Shown piece after piece: positions 8,592 to 21,277 of a stretch of DNA of 64,000 nt (positions within the stretch are counted from its first letter, which is position 1; each line of letters opens with the position of its first letter). The position numbers were made by a program, and so were the translations under genes. The DNA comes from Lepidodermella squamata (lineage: Eukaryota > Animalia > Gastrotricha): positions 1,798,001 through 1,862,000 of the forward strand of contig JBLDXI010000025.1 of assembly GCA_047495785.1 (NCBI GenBank), in the 5' to 3' direction. The notes beneath the pieces were generated by a model. That model ran no database searches and was not told the DNA's origin. It was given only the letters and a program-made list of their open reading frames with translations.

Positions 8592-10965
8592 ATGCCATGG
8601 CCTCGAAACTGCCTCAGATTAGTGCTTTACACGCTCGTTTTCATGGTCCTCGCTGGCCTTTTCGGTCTTTTCGTCGTCAATCAGCGCCAAATCCCGATTC
8701 ATTTCGAACTTCTCGACGATAGATCGATGAACGACGCGCGCTCCACTGGTTTCGAAGGTGTCATGGTTGACTTGAGACGCGGAAAGCCGAAATTCCCCGA
8801 ACCAACCTTGGGAGAATTGTTGGCAAAAGAACGAATTCCTAACGTTGTCCATTACGTCTGGTGCGAATCTGGCTACTTCGAGTTCAAGGTATAATTTTAT
8901 CCCAGTCGCGAAATTTCCACTAAAATAACTGTTTTCTAATTTTAGCATTACGTCAGCGTTCAAAGTGTCATCAAGTTCATGCAACCCGATCTGGTCATTT
9001 TCCACCTGACAAACGAGCCCGAAATCGACGGGTTAGGCTACAACGACTGGTGGGACAGGCTGAAACGCGAAACTCAAAACTTGATTGTTCACCACATCGA
9101 AAGTTCATCAAACTGCACCGGAAACGCAACTGCAGCTCACGAAATATTCGAAAACCACGTTCTACAACAAGGCGGCGTTTTCGTGAATTCAAACGGGGTC
9201 GTTCTATCGTCACCTATCGATCTGAAACTCAAGCAGACATCTGCATTCGATTTTCCTGAAAAGGCGACTATTCTCCAAGATTTGCCAGCTTTAATGCTCC
9301 TAAGGCCGAAATCTGATGGCAAATTCGATGCGCCGCACCAATGCAAGTCTTCGCGAGATTTCGAGCCCGAGTCACCTTGTTTGGTCATCCAAGACTCGCA
9401 GTCGTCGCCTTTCTACCCTCGTGATATTTGGGAAGTCAAGACGCCGTTTGGCAAGCTGGTCCGAGCTCTCGCCTACGACACTGAGGACATTTTGGCACCC
9501 GTTCCGCAGCCTGGTCATTTGATTCCGCTGATTTGCCACTATCTTTGGCTTGGTGGTGGAACGATGGATCTGCTGCTTTATCTCAGCATCTTGTCTTGCC
9601 TCAACGTCCTCAAGTGAGTTTTGTTTTAGTTCGGTCAAGTTTTAGCCCAGACAGTTGTGGTTTGGTAAATCGAGTTGTTCACATGTATCTGATTAAATTG
9701 TCTTCTGATGCATCCATTCCCCAGCATGTTTAGACAATTTCCCCAAGAGCAATGGAATTGACCTAAATTCAAAATTAAGTGTCACAGTCCATTTCCTGAT
9801 TGAATTTTTCTAGGGGGTTGTCGGGTGTCTGAGATTCGTTTCGTGTGTCTAATTTAGAACTCATCAACCTGAAGCTTTGTGGTACAAAACCCCCCATACA
9901 AAATCAATTATTACATAGAGCAAGTAAAACATTTGCTCTTCAAAAGGGCATAGTAGTCTGGGACACTCAAGAAATGCGCGGATGTAGATCATTTACGAAA
10001 TGAGATACTCGCTTGTGGCAAAGGAAACCCAAAGTGGTACATATAACTTTTAATATATGCTCAAAAGCTAGGGATGTTAGCAAAGTGAAAAAGGGGAAGT
10101 AATATTTTATGTATATCAAAACAAGAAATAAGATTAATGCAACTTAACATCACCGTTTCTCTACAGGGCTGATGCTGTTTTGGTGCACGGTGAACTGGAG
10201 CCGCGAGGTTCCCTCTGGACTGAGTTGAAAGCGATGGGGGATCCCCGCTTGACCTACGTCTACCGGCCTCAACAGATCACGATGTTCGGCACACCCGTCA
10301 AAAAGCTAGCTGCCATGTCTGACGTTCTGCGGACTGACATTCTGCTCAAATACGGAGGCATCTACACAGGTTTGTCATTTTAATCGCCCCTGTCCGGAAT
10401 TATGTCATTTTACCAATAGACTGGGACGCAATTTGGGTGAAGCCTTTAGATCCCGAAATTCGATCGTATGACGCAGTTGTAGCTCCTGACTGGCCGAGCA
10501 AGCTCAAACCTTTCCCAGCAACATTGAATCTCGGCGTCATGTTGGCAAAGCCTGGCTCCGCTTATGTCAAACACCTGCAGGAAAGCATGGCTGACTACGC
10601 CGACGGCGTCGGACCCCTGGAGTGGTGCTTCATCTGCTTGCGCGCATACAAGGTTTTAGGGTCGATATTTTGTGAATTTTTTAAACATGTCATTCTTTTT
10701 GCAGGTGTTGGAGCGCTACCCTCATACTGCACGTCTTGAGCCTCATCTCCAGGTAATGGACTACCTTGGTCGTTACCACCCCATCTGGCAGCAAGGCGCC
10801 GGTGACGATCAGTTCGATGGGAAGTTCGACTGGCGAACTGAGACCTACGCCGTACACTGGACCTTCCCGACCCCGAAAGAACTTCGCTCAAAGGCAGGCC
10901 TGCAAAGGGCAAACTCAACTGCAGCCGATATAGCACGATACATCTTGAAAACATCCGGACTGTAA
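8592..10965 (+). CDS. Type II membrane GT32-like (alpha-1,4-glycosyltransferase-like) protein with two tandem domains; exons 8592-8888, 8946-9613, 10167-10369, 10420-10652, 10705-10965
   Basis: N-terminal TM anchor; IPNVVHYVW and IPLICHYLW starts; SDVLRTDILLKYGGIYT-DWD (DxD formed across an intron); LNLGVMLAKPGS; YAVHW. Confidence 0.88.
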
Positions 10966-12015
10966 AACTCGTCATCGAACTTGTTGACTTTAACATCTGA
11001 TTTGAATTATTGGTGTGAAATTTGTTTTACGAGGAATAAAATCTAGTGGGATTTTGAGTGGCGCACTGTTTAGCGCGGGTGGCCGTAGTTACTCATCGAT
11101 TACAGTCCTCTGAAATAGCCATGCCTCCCCCTCATAATGGTAGTTATAGCTTTTCTGGTCGCTTAGCTTTTCAATTGATTGTGGCTTGGTCAAAAGCTTG
11201 CGCTCGCGACAATTGTTAATTAATTACAAGGTAGTGATAATGCTTTTAGGTCAGATTAAACACGACATCACACTATGACGCAAATACTCAAGGGATCATG
11301 CATCATATTTCGACCCAAATAGTATTGTCAAGGTGTCTATTTGCTGACGTAAGTATCTTTTTAGCGCAGTCATCACCGATCGATCATGCGTAATGGTAAT
11401 ACGCAAGGGTCAGCGCCATCTTTGCTTTTCGTGCCTATTTAAATAGAGTAACGCAACCCACAGAATCACAGCCACACTTCTAGATTTAATGAAACGCACT
11501 TCTCTCCACTCTCATTTTAAGAATGAGCTAATAATAGTAATAACATTTAAAGTTTTCCTCTCATCGACAATAGCGCCTATACCGCTTCCGGTTTTGAAGA
11601 GGGCGAAGGCAGCCGAAAAATCATCATCACCCACCCCCACGGTTGTAGATTCTGCTTTTTCCATAACATTTAATTTTCAATCGAGTTAACAACCATACGC
11701 CATTCATCGTTTTCAAATGAAACTATTCCTTCAACTGAAAGTCAGATAATTTTGATCTCAAAAATCCGTTTCGACGGGCATAGATATTTCTTAGTATTTT
11801 TATTAGTCTTATCCATTACCTTATTCTTAATGTTAGTTTGTTTTTTCCGGTGATTTTCCTTACTATATTTCTATGCGCTGTGTTGATCAACCTTTTTTCG
11901 AGGTGTTCGAGGTGTAAATCACCCAAACGGAGGCGTCCAAATATATGTTTTATTAATTAGCCCTTAGTACAATAAGCATCGAAATTATTTATAGTTATCA
12001 AAATTACAGGCAAAG

Positions 12016-12516
12016 ATGAGGCCAGAACTCATCGCCGTCACTTCTTTGGCTTTTATTTTCGCTTTGGTTCCCTCGAAGGGATGCGCTGATGACAATCCAA
12101 CTGCTGAATATCCAACATCCAGCGAATATGCAAAGGAGCGGGCTAATAAATGGGCGAATCTCAAGCATCATTGCATCCGACAAGCTGCTCTCAGCCCTTC
12201 AAGCCAGAGAGCGATGGAAAATCCTTCCATTGCTCGGCTCTCACGTAGCCTTCGGTCGTTTTACTCAGCCAATGAGTTGGAGAAGCAATCTCTGGCGTTG
12301 TGCGAAACGTGCTATGGAGAGGTTTGAGCTATTTTAAAAGTAGTCGGCCGAACTTTTCGCCCAATTCTCTCACAGGATGTCGCAATGAGATGTATCTGCA
12401 GAGCTGCGATGGCAGATCCAGTTTGCAGGTTGGCAATGGGAATGACCGACTGTCCACTCATCACCGCTTTCGATTTTCCCATTCTTCATCATATGAGTAT
12501 GAAACAGATTAGATGA
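12016..12516 (+). CDS. Secreted Cys-rich peptide, paralog A; exons 12016-12321, 12376-12516
   Basis: Signal peptide; KWANLKHHC..RLSRSLRSFYSANELEKQSLALCETCYGE|DVAMRCICRAAMADPVCRLAMGMTDCP; homologous to B-D with the same phase-0 intron position. Confidence 0.9.
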
Positions 12517-13324
12517 TGAAAATTGCAACCTTTCACCAAATAATTTATCATTATAGCGATATTAGCTGAACATATTCCTTCTATGGTTTTGCGGGGTGCT
12601 GGTAGAGCAAGACTGGGTCGATAGACGCCGGACCAAGTGCGATACGGCATAATAGTTTAATTGCTGAATAAAATAAAGATATAGAGCTGAAAAATTGCTC
12701 AAATTAGCCAGCACTATCCAGCATTGATAGAAATTGGTTTGCTGATTGTTTAGCATGCATAACGGACAATTCACTCCAGGCAATTCACTTCTTTCGTGTC
12801 GTCGAAGAAATCACGCATCAGGAAAAGTCCTACAATACACTGAGTGTAGCATGCGAATGCTTTATGGAGTTCTAATATGAAACCTAATGATACAGCTGGA
12901 TTACGGTACAAAATATAATGGTGAGATGTGTGAGAGCCAAGCTGTACATGACACTAATGTAATCAGAATTTCGCTCTTCAGCGCTCTTCCACGAGTGAAC
13001 GATTTCTTATCCCCAACCACTTCATCGCCTAACACCTTATTAAATAGGTCCATTTCCACCTGAAAGGGCTAGACCGTACCGCCTGGACCTTTCACATTTG
13101 AACGGGATCTTTTGACCTGTCAAATTTCATCAAGGTCTTACTCATATTTTCGATTAATCATATAGATATTATAAACGCATGCACCTCATGAACCTTTGAC
13201 TGATGATACCGAGTCGAGTAGCGCCGATGTAGGAAGTAACCAAAAATACGTTCTCTTTTAATGAGCTATTCATAAAAATAAAGAGCACCCCATTTCACAA
13301 CAAGACAATGAGACTAGAATGGGA

Positions 13325-13827
13325 TCAGCGGCGGCCGAATTTAAAGTTACGGATGTAACGGCGTGTCAGCACGGGGAAAACGTCAGCAATGGCCTCGGGA
13401 CAGGAAGCTGTTGCAAAGGCGACTCTGCAAGCAATATCAACTGAAGCAGAACGGCACACACATGAAAAGGCGTCATCCTGAAATTCAAACTTGGTAATAC
13501 AATCCGATATCACTGGATGCTAATGGGACATACGTTTGAGTAACAAGCATTGCAAACTTGAGCCATTTTGTGGTTGAGATCATTTGCCGAGTAATGGGCT
13601 CTAAGGCTACGAGACAGTCGCTTGAGCTCCGCGGTTTGGGAATCGCTCTCCTTCCATGAATTGCTGTTCAGTTTAGAGATGTTCGCTTGCTTGATGCAGT
13701 AAGCTTTCAGATTTTGCCATTTGGTTTCAGCTCCAACAATTTCAAAGAAAGACCCATGCAGGTCCACTTCTGACTTTGAGCCGCTGATCGATAGGCTCAC
13801 CAAGCTGAACAATGTAAATAGAAACAT
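13325..13827 (-). CDS. Secreted Cys-rich peptide, paralog B; exons 13827-13534, 13477-13325
   Basis: KWQNLKAYC..RLSRSLRAHYSANDLNHKMAQVCNACYSN|DDAFSCVCRSASVDIACRVAFATASCP..RRYIRNFKFGRR*. Confidence 0.9.
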
Positions 13828-16206
13828 TCCTACAAAGAAATAAATATCTTAGACCGGAAGAAACTCTAGGTAGATTTAATTTTTTGATACAAGAAAACAT
13901 GGCTTGAGCATAAAGGATCAACTAAAGTTCAAATCGTCTTGACGCAGCAGTTGAGTCGAACGGCTGCTTCGATTAAAGCTAATGGGATTTTGCAATGATA
14001 GAATAAAATGACTATATAACACCTGGCGTTTTATTTAAACTAACAGCCGTGGATTAAATCACGCTTCATATAAGACTGAGATAGGAAAAACAAGGGCCTA
14101 AAGTTGTGTCATGACAGGTTGTCAAGTAGGTTATTGATCAACGGCTTCGCGAACAATTTCTGACATTCGCAGAATCGAAAACGAGCCAGCTGTGAATGAA
14201 GGGTGCGTTACGGCTTCTGAGAAAAACGTTAATTAATTGATGCCCAAGTTTTCCAGCCAGATATTGAACTTTTTCACCAGACGAAATCGAAGAAGGCGTA
14301 ATTAGCAAAATTGTCGTAGATGTGCGAATTTGCGATTTGATTTTTACCATACGCAATAAACTTTTGAAAATATGAAAATATGAAACGAAGATTTTGCTGT
14401 TTTCGTTCAATTACTTATCTCAGAAGATGGGGATTGCTCTCTGAAGTAATTATAGGGAGTGCACGGACCACGGACTGTCCAGGAGAAATTTGAAGTGAGA
14501 GAGTAATCGCGTATAAGCACACTTTTGAGTGACCCTTCACGCAAAATTGCCGTCAAGTGAAGAAATAGAAGCTAAGAGACGTCTAATAATCGCCCATCTC
14601 TATTACTAGCCCACTTTAACATTCTACTTGGGGGTTATAAATTCAGTGTCGGGTTGCTACTGGAACAAAACATCGGATAGTCGGAGATAACAACAAATGA
14701 ACAATAAATGGAAAAGAACGATACGCTTGAATCTCCTCGGTCAAATAGCCATAAAATGAGAGGCAACAATTAAGTAGTTTAAAACCGTTTAAAAAAGCGG
14801 GTGTATTGGCCGTAGCATGAACATGATTTTTAACGGATCTAATTAAATTATTCGGCATTTAAGCAAGATAAGCAAGCACTGACACATCAATGCTCGTTGC
14901 TCTGCTACTCTTAGAAAGTTGTGGTTGTTTGATACCTTAACGCGGGGTAGCTTTGGACAACTTCGGCTTTGAAGGTGAATAGATTCGCGACGCCGAACTA
15001 TAACATACTATTATAACATACTAACTATAACACATGACTTGACCCAAGACATTTCCCGTCCTTCAAGATTTCACTTCACGGAAAAAGTGTCACTGAGAAC
15101 TGAAAGCTCAACCGACAATTTCATAATACGCAAATTGCTGTCCGTGCATTTACCCGCTAATTGCCTGCCAATATTCAAGAGTGTTATAAAACGTATAACT
15201 AAAAAAATTGACGACATTTGCGGAAAATAGTTTGCTGCAGGAATATTAATTATTCAACCTTATATACAAGTACTTTGCTGTGCGGAAACTATGTTTGTTC
15301 ACAAAACTGTCCCAACTTCGCATAGAGTCACGCTTACAACTGTAGCTGTGACTTGTGGCTGAACTATAATTCAATTATTACTGTCCACACCGGTAGGCGG
15401 TGTTTAATTGAGCTGGCAGATACTGGAATATCATAACCTTCTAAATCAAGGCTGCGTTTTTATCTTCGAAAACATTGCTTTCTCCGAATTACCTCTCGCG
15501 TTACGGTACTCGTTTTAATCTTATTAGAGTGTTTGGATTTGAACACAAAGCGAGAGAGCAAATTGAATGTAGCTTATAGGCAAATTGTATCACTAATTTG
15601 AACTTCATGCGCCGAGCCTTCGAATATTTTATTGTTACCTCAAGCGCAACGCAGGGGGTGCTCGCGACAATTAATCAATTTGAACATGAAGCTGATTGCA
15701 GCTGGCGTTCTGTCATAATTTGATTTTGGCCATGAGCGACGGAAGATTAAGCGAATTACGCGCAGAGATATGATGATGCATATCTCGTCTCCAATCTCAG
15801 CTATAAGTTTGCACTAATGCTGGGGACGTAACATCAAAGCTGCTCAAATTCTATGCTTGGTGTGTTAATAATGGTGCAGTTTTAATTGAGCTGATTCTTA
15901 TATATTCTCGGATGATGCAAAGTCGCAGCCCCAGTTTGGGACATCATTTTGTGTATGAACGGTTGACAACAAATTCCTCAAGCACGCTGCAAAATTTGAA
16001 AGTCCTGAGAAAGTCCACAAAACAGTCAAGACGGCGTTCTTATAGGGCTCGAATGAATGCGCGCTCGAGAAGGCTGTAATAATTTTGAATTGGTGCGCAT
16101 CGAGCTAAAGCAATAGCTAAAATGACTAAAGCAATAAAGCAATACCTATGCACTAATTTTAGCAAATCTGAGACCTGCCAAGCGATTTCGGCCCATTTAG
16201 TCATTT

Positions 16207-16251
16207 GAAAAGAAAAGAAAAGAAAAGAAAAGAAAAGAAAAGAAAAGAAAA
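16207..16251. repeat. (GAAAA)n pentanucleotide microsatellite
   Basis: About 9 direct copies. Confidence 0.9.
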
Positions 16252-17419
16252 CTGACGCATCAACGTTGTTGCACAACACCTCATTTTCGAATGACTGAAG
16301 ACAGAGATAGGACCGAAATCGCTTGGTGGGTCTCATCTGTAGCGAGAATCTGACATCCGCCAGTCTCAAACGGTATCTGAAACTTATCAGATGATTGGCT
16401 ACTCCGCATTCAATTATTACAGCAGGGGTCCAAAGTTAGAGAAATCATGTGCCCAATGTTATAATTAACAGTTCTAATACCACGTGATCGGCTTATGGTA
16501 GCTGAAAATGAAGCATGCTGGAAACAAGCAAGCGTTTGATATACCTAAAGACGCCGAATCAAGCCATTGACTTTACAGGAAATATAGGAAATTTCATTGG
16601 AAGTTGTGTCAGACTGTCATTCATATCAGTGACAAAGTGTAAATTTGCGTAGGCAGTCTGTTCTGCAGCAAGACAATTGTCATGCCCGCGGGTAGAAAGT
16701 GGCGGGGGTTCAGTTAGTAGTTGTGGATATTAGTAGATATTAGTCTATTTGCCTTATATAATGTTATAGCTTTTAAATAAGACAGATACTTATACAGTGA
16801 AGACGATTTGTCGTCTTCTATGGGGCGGACGAAAATGTAGGCGGAAAATCCGAATAGACGGATAATCCGGGTCGATTTTTATGGAATTTGATGCCGCGGG
16901 AAAAATGAAGTTTTTCAATATCTCAACTTTTGCATATCCAGATTTCCCGCCAGACGGAAAATATATGGATGACAAATTGGGGTTTTACTGCAGTCTGGTA
17001 GCCCGGTATTTCCCCCCCAAGTTGAAGCTATAGGGATTATTTCATGCGTTTCGCTGAGCGAAATTGTTCACCGGATGAATTCGAAAATCTTAGATAAAAT
17101 TCACCAATTGGTATAAAATTAACATGGTTTTCTCAAATGCGCTGAGCAGATTGGCGACTCCGAGTATTATACCCCAGCCTTAACATGACAAGTTTACTAT
17201 ATGAGGAGAGCGAGGATATAGGGGACACATGTGCTGAGGTGCTCCATTCATCCTCATTACTGCCTTGCTAAGGGGCGGGAATAGGTATCAAACAGAATGA
17301 ATCATTATTATTTCACAGATGTCAACTGCTAATTTTTATTAAACGTATAATATTTAAGATTTCGATGAACATGTAATATCAGACTCATTAATACCATATC
17401 CCGCGCAATTATGAGGGAT

Positions 17420-17882
17420 TTATAATAATTTTTTGTCCAGCATCGGAAAATAGCTGTTGGCTAATTCTGGACAGTCTGTGGCCGTCATAGCAATCCGGCA
17501 AGTTGCGTCGAGTAAATTTGAACGACATAGGGATAGCTTCGCAATTTTGTCCGTGCCCTGCATGGAAACGTTAGGTTATAGCAAATGTTCTGTTGTGCGC
17601 AAGCATCGGACTTACCTTGTAGCATGACTTGCAGAGTTCCAGCGAGCGTTTACCAAGGGAATGCGCTTCGTAGTTCGCTCGTAAGCTCCTCATGAAGCGG
17701 TAATGCAAAATGCGATTTGCTGTCGTCTCAGAATCGCTGGAGTGATCGGTCCGCAATGATATAGATATTGCAGCTCGCTTGACACAATATGACTTGAGGT
17801 CGTTCCATTTCTCTCTCATCTCCTCCCCTCTCGAGAGAAAAACCATAGCTAGGATGAGAAAGATGACTCTGATAAGGAGCAT
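17420..17882 (-). CDS. Secreted Cys-rich peptide, paralog C; exons 17882-17616, 17557-17420
   Basis: KWNDLKSYC..RFMRSLRANYEAHSLGKRSLELCKSCYK|GTDKIAKLSLCRSNLLDATCRIAMTATDCPELANSYFPML. Confidence 0.9.
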
Positions 17883-18384
17883 GCTCGGACTTTCGCAGTA
17901 AAGGTTGCGGGTAATAAAAAATAAGATGCTGGAATACTGTTGCGGTTCACATTTTCGAAAGGCGCTCCTTAAATAGGATCCCTTGTTATTCGGAATCCCG
18001 TCGTATTCTAAACTCTATAGCCCAAATTGAAAATTGGATAGCGCAAGGAATTCATCCACTCGTCAGGATACGCTACAACCGGTGACTTATTAGCACTTTT
18101 TGTCATGACATCTTGTCAGACGGCTTTGACAACATGTTAAAATTCCACAGAAATAGGATAGCTCAGTGCAAAAATCGTGTGCTATTTACTTTACAGATTG
18201 TGCGGTTTGCATTGCTTGAGGAATGTAACTTTATTCTTATAATGAAACGTATCATCATCATTGAGGCATTTTTTAATTCCGATTTAACTCCGATGCTTTC
18301 TTGAACGCTTTGGACGCGCGTCTAGTTGCGTAATATGGGCGTCCGTAGTAGCGTAATCGCGCCATGACGTTTCGATTTTTTTCA

Positions 18385-18680
18385 CTAGCCATAGTTTAAA
18401 TAAAGTTCGGGCGCGTATACGGCCACCACAGCACTTTGGATCCTGAGGCCCCTAAAAGTAATCGCAAGTGCTTCCAATCCGAAGTTACTACTGAAGACAT
18501 AAGTGCGCTCGGATACTTTATTACTTGCCGTGCCTGAACCCAGTAACTTCTGCTTATCACTCGCCTGTACTCCCGCTCGAGAGTGCGAGCCACGCAAAAC
18601 TAAGCAATAGAAACTGCAGGCGTCTGAGTGCTCGCGGGCGTCCGAAGTACCACTGATAGCGCAAAGCATCGTTTCATTCA
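18385..18680 (-). pseudogene. Probable decayed non-LTR retrotransposon APE endonuclease fragment
   Basis: CAISGT (compare consensus IAISET) and LEALAITFRGLRIQSAVVAVYAP (compare E.L.I...I.V..VYAP). Confidence 0.45.
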
Positions 18681-20800
18681 ACTGTTCCGAAGGTGTAGAG
18701 TCGCCGTCCGAGTCGTTATTGGTGGAGGTCTCATGAAGCCTCATGAAAGATGAACTTATGTCCGTTTCATGAAGTGAACATTGAATTGCATTGTATCACT
18801 TAACCAAGAGGAAATAAAAAAGATGTTCGGCAAAGACGGCAAAGCTCTTTAAAATATAACCTCCATCAGATATTCAGGAAATATTGGATGAAGAAGAATT
18901 AAAAGCGGGCGCAGCTAAAGCTGACAGCTGACAGCCGTTTTGGGGCAATTTTAATAATGTGTAATCGAAAACAAATTTGGCTAGCAACCAAAGTCCCAGC
19001 CTGCATAATCATTACTAGCGCCAGCTAGTACGTAGGACGTCTGCGACACTTGGAACTCGACGTCCTTCTACAAGAAAATTGACTTAATCTCACTTTTATA
19101 TATTTTAGAAGTTTATTGGTTCGATTATATCCCAAATTTGACATCAGACTGATTTGTGGAGTCATGCAATTAATTAAGATGATTGAAAAGCGAAGATGGA
19201 AATAACATCATGGACACATTATAATATTGTCAGGACGAGTATGAGACTCTAAGTCTCAAGAGTATTTTTTATTAGTGGAAGCCTTTAAACTGTAAACTCA
19301 AGTTGGGCGGATTTGCAGACCACCAACTCGGTGGGCCGACAGCCTGAAAAGGAGCTTTCTGACAATCTACTTATTTCAAACTTCAAACCCACGTCAGGTT
19401 AGTAAAAATGTTAATGAATCCATAAAACGTGGTAGACCCTGTGAGTCTGACTCCTGCTCGAACATTGGTCAATGAGCTGATCTTTAAATGACTGAAATTG
19501 CAGGAAACAAGCGGCAGGAATGACAAATGTTAGGTAATTCAATAGAAAATTGAATTCTTAGACCACGGCAGCCTGTTCGCAGGCTGTTCACCACCGCATT
19601 GTTGGATCCCAAGATTGATCGCTTGCGGTCAGCCGTCCGTTTAACCCGCAAAGTTAGGCTTTCTTATAACACCATAGCTTAGATGTTAAATACAATTTTT
19701 CAACTTGATAATTTCGTTCGTTATCCATACAAGCCCACAAGCGCTTCTCCAAAACGCGAATATTTATTTATGATCATTTGTTGATTTTACTCATACATTA
19801 CTCGATGAGTTCTGTTTTGAACCATTTCGCTTCACGTTGTAAGCTGAGCAAATTACAACAAAAGCAATTACAATTCTGATTCGCCAGCAAGTCGTAACTA
19901 TAACTCCGGCTAGAGTGCAACCTGGATTGTCGTTGGATTTCCATTTGTCTTCAAGTCCGAACCAATGAACAATGAGCAAAGTACTGAGGCAAAGGGGGCT
20001 ACGATGCATCCCTCCCTTCCCCCACCCTTTTCCCCGAACTAGAGAGTAAGAAAACCGAAATAACCACGTGGCACATGGGGACTCCGTTAAAGACGGGGCC
20101 CCAACCGCGTAGAAGATGGAAATTTTACCCAAAGGGGGATACAGGCAAAGGTTCCCCTTACATCGCTCAAGTTTCGGCAGGGGCCAGGAAAAAACATAAG
20201 GGTGTTTAGGTGTGCCTGTGATTAGGCTTCGAGTCCCCGGGGCTCGAAGCAGAAACAACCCCCTCCGCCGCTTCCCGCCCCCGTCCCTCCACGCCATCTT
20301 CGACACTGGGCCCCAGTTTTCCCCATAATCCTCCTAGCTAGAGCGTATATGCTGATAATGGATACGCACTCCTTAACAATCGAAAGTCGAAAAGCCGCAC
20401 GATTTGCGAACTCTTGGTTACGGCTAAAATTGACCAATCAGAATTCAACAAGAAAATTTGCTGAACTTGAACGTGAGGCGCAACGGTTCGAAACAGAATG
20501 CCTATATAAGTTATATAAGTTGAATAAACAAAATGTTCAACAAAACCTCAACGTATAATGACTATGAGCATTATAGTCTGGATATGCAGTGTCAAAGTCC
20601 AACTACTTGTTGCTGGGTCTGTCGTGGTAGTGGGGCTGGTGGGGTTGGTGGGTGAGATTTTTTTTCATACTAAATTAATCAATCGAAAGAATCGCGTGCT
20701 GGCTAGTGCTATAGACGCTATCATATCGACCATCAAAGCAACAAGTAGTTGGACTTTGACTCCGCATAGCTGGCCTAAGATGAGAGTACATTTTCAACAA

Positions 20801-21277
20801 TCAAATTGCTGCATTTAAATGAAGTACAAGATCAGGACAGTCAGACATAATAAGAGCAACTCTGCAAGGGCCCTCCAGAGTTTCAGATTTGCATAGACAT
20901 AAATTGGCTAACGCAGAAGTTTCTTCAGGCTATGGGAAAAAAACTGATAAACGATGAACTCCAGGATTATCAGAGCTTACATTGTAGCATTTTTCACAAA
21001 GATCCCGGCTCATCTTATAAAGAGCATTCGCTTCGAAATGAGCACGTAGGCTTTTCGAAAACCTGGAGTAGACGAAGCTGTGTAGTAGGGTTGCTACGTT
21101 AGCTTCACTTGTTCGTGACTTGTGGCTCGATCCAGGCTTGGGATGCTTGAGACAATATTGCTTCATAATCCCCCAGTGCGCTGTAGAGATGCGGCTGAAC
21201 AGCGTAGCCTCTATCCTGAACTCTGAGGTAAAGATTATAAATAATAATAACAAAGCCACGACTTTCAGCTTCTCCAT
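20801..21277 (-). CDS. Secreted Cys-rich peptide, paralog D; exons 21277-20981, 20929-20801
   Basis: MEKLKVVALLLL signal; HWGIMKQYC..RFSKSLRAHFEANALYKMSRDLCEKCYN|PEETSALANLCLCKSETLEGPCRVALIMSDCP. Confidence 0.9.

Noticed and set aside
19985-20340. RNase MRP/P, 7SK, SRP or telomerase RNA
   Set aside because: AGTCCCC/GGGGCT-like pieces are in the wrong order, and other hallmark motifs or a template were not found.
12016-21277. Insulin-like or saposin-like identity for the four peptides
   Set aside because: No CC-x3-C-x8-C A-chain motif, and the Cys spacing does not fit saposin.
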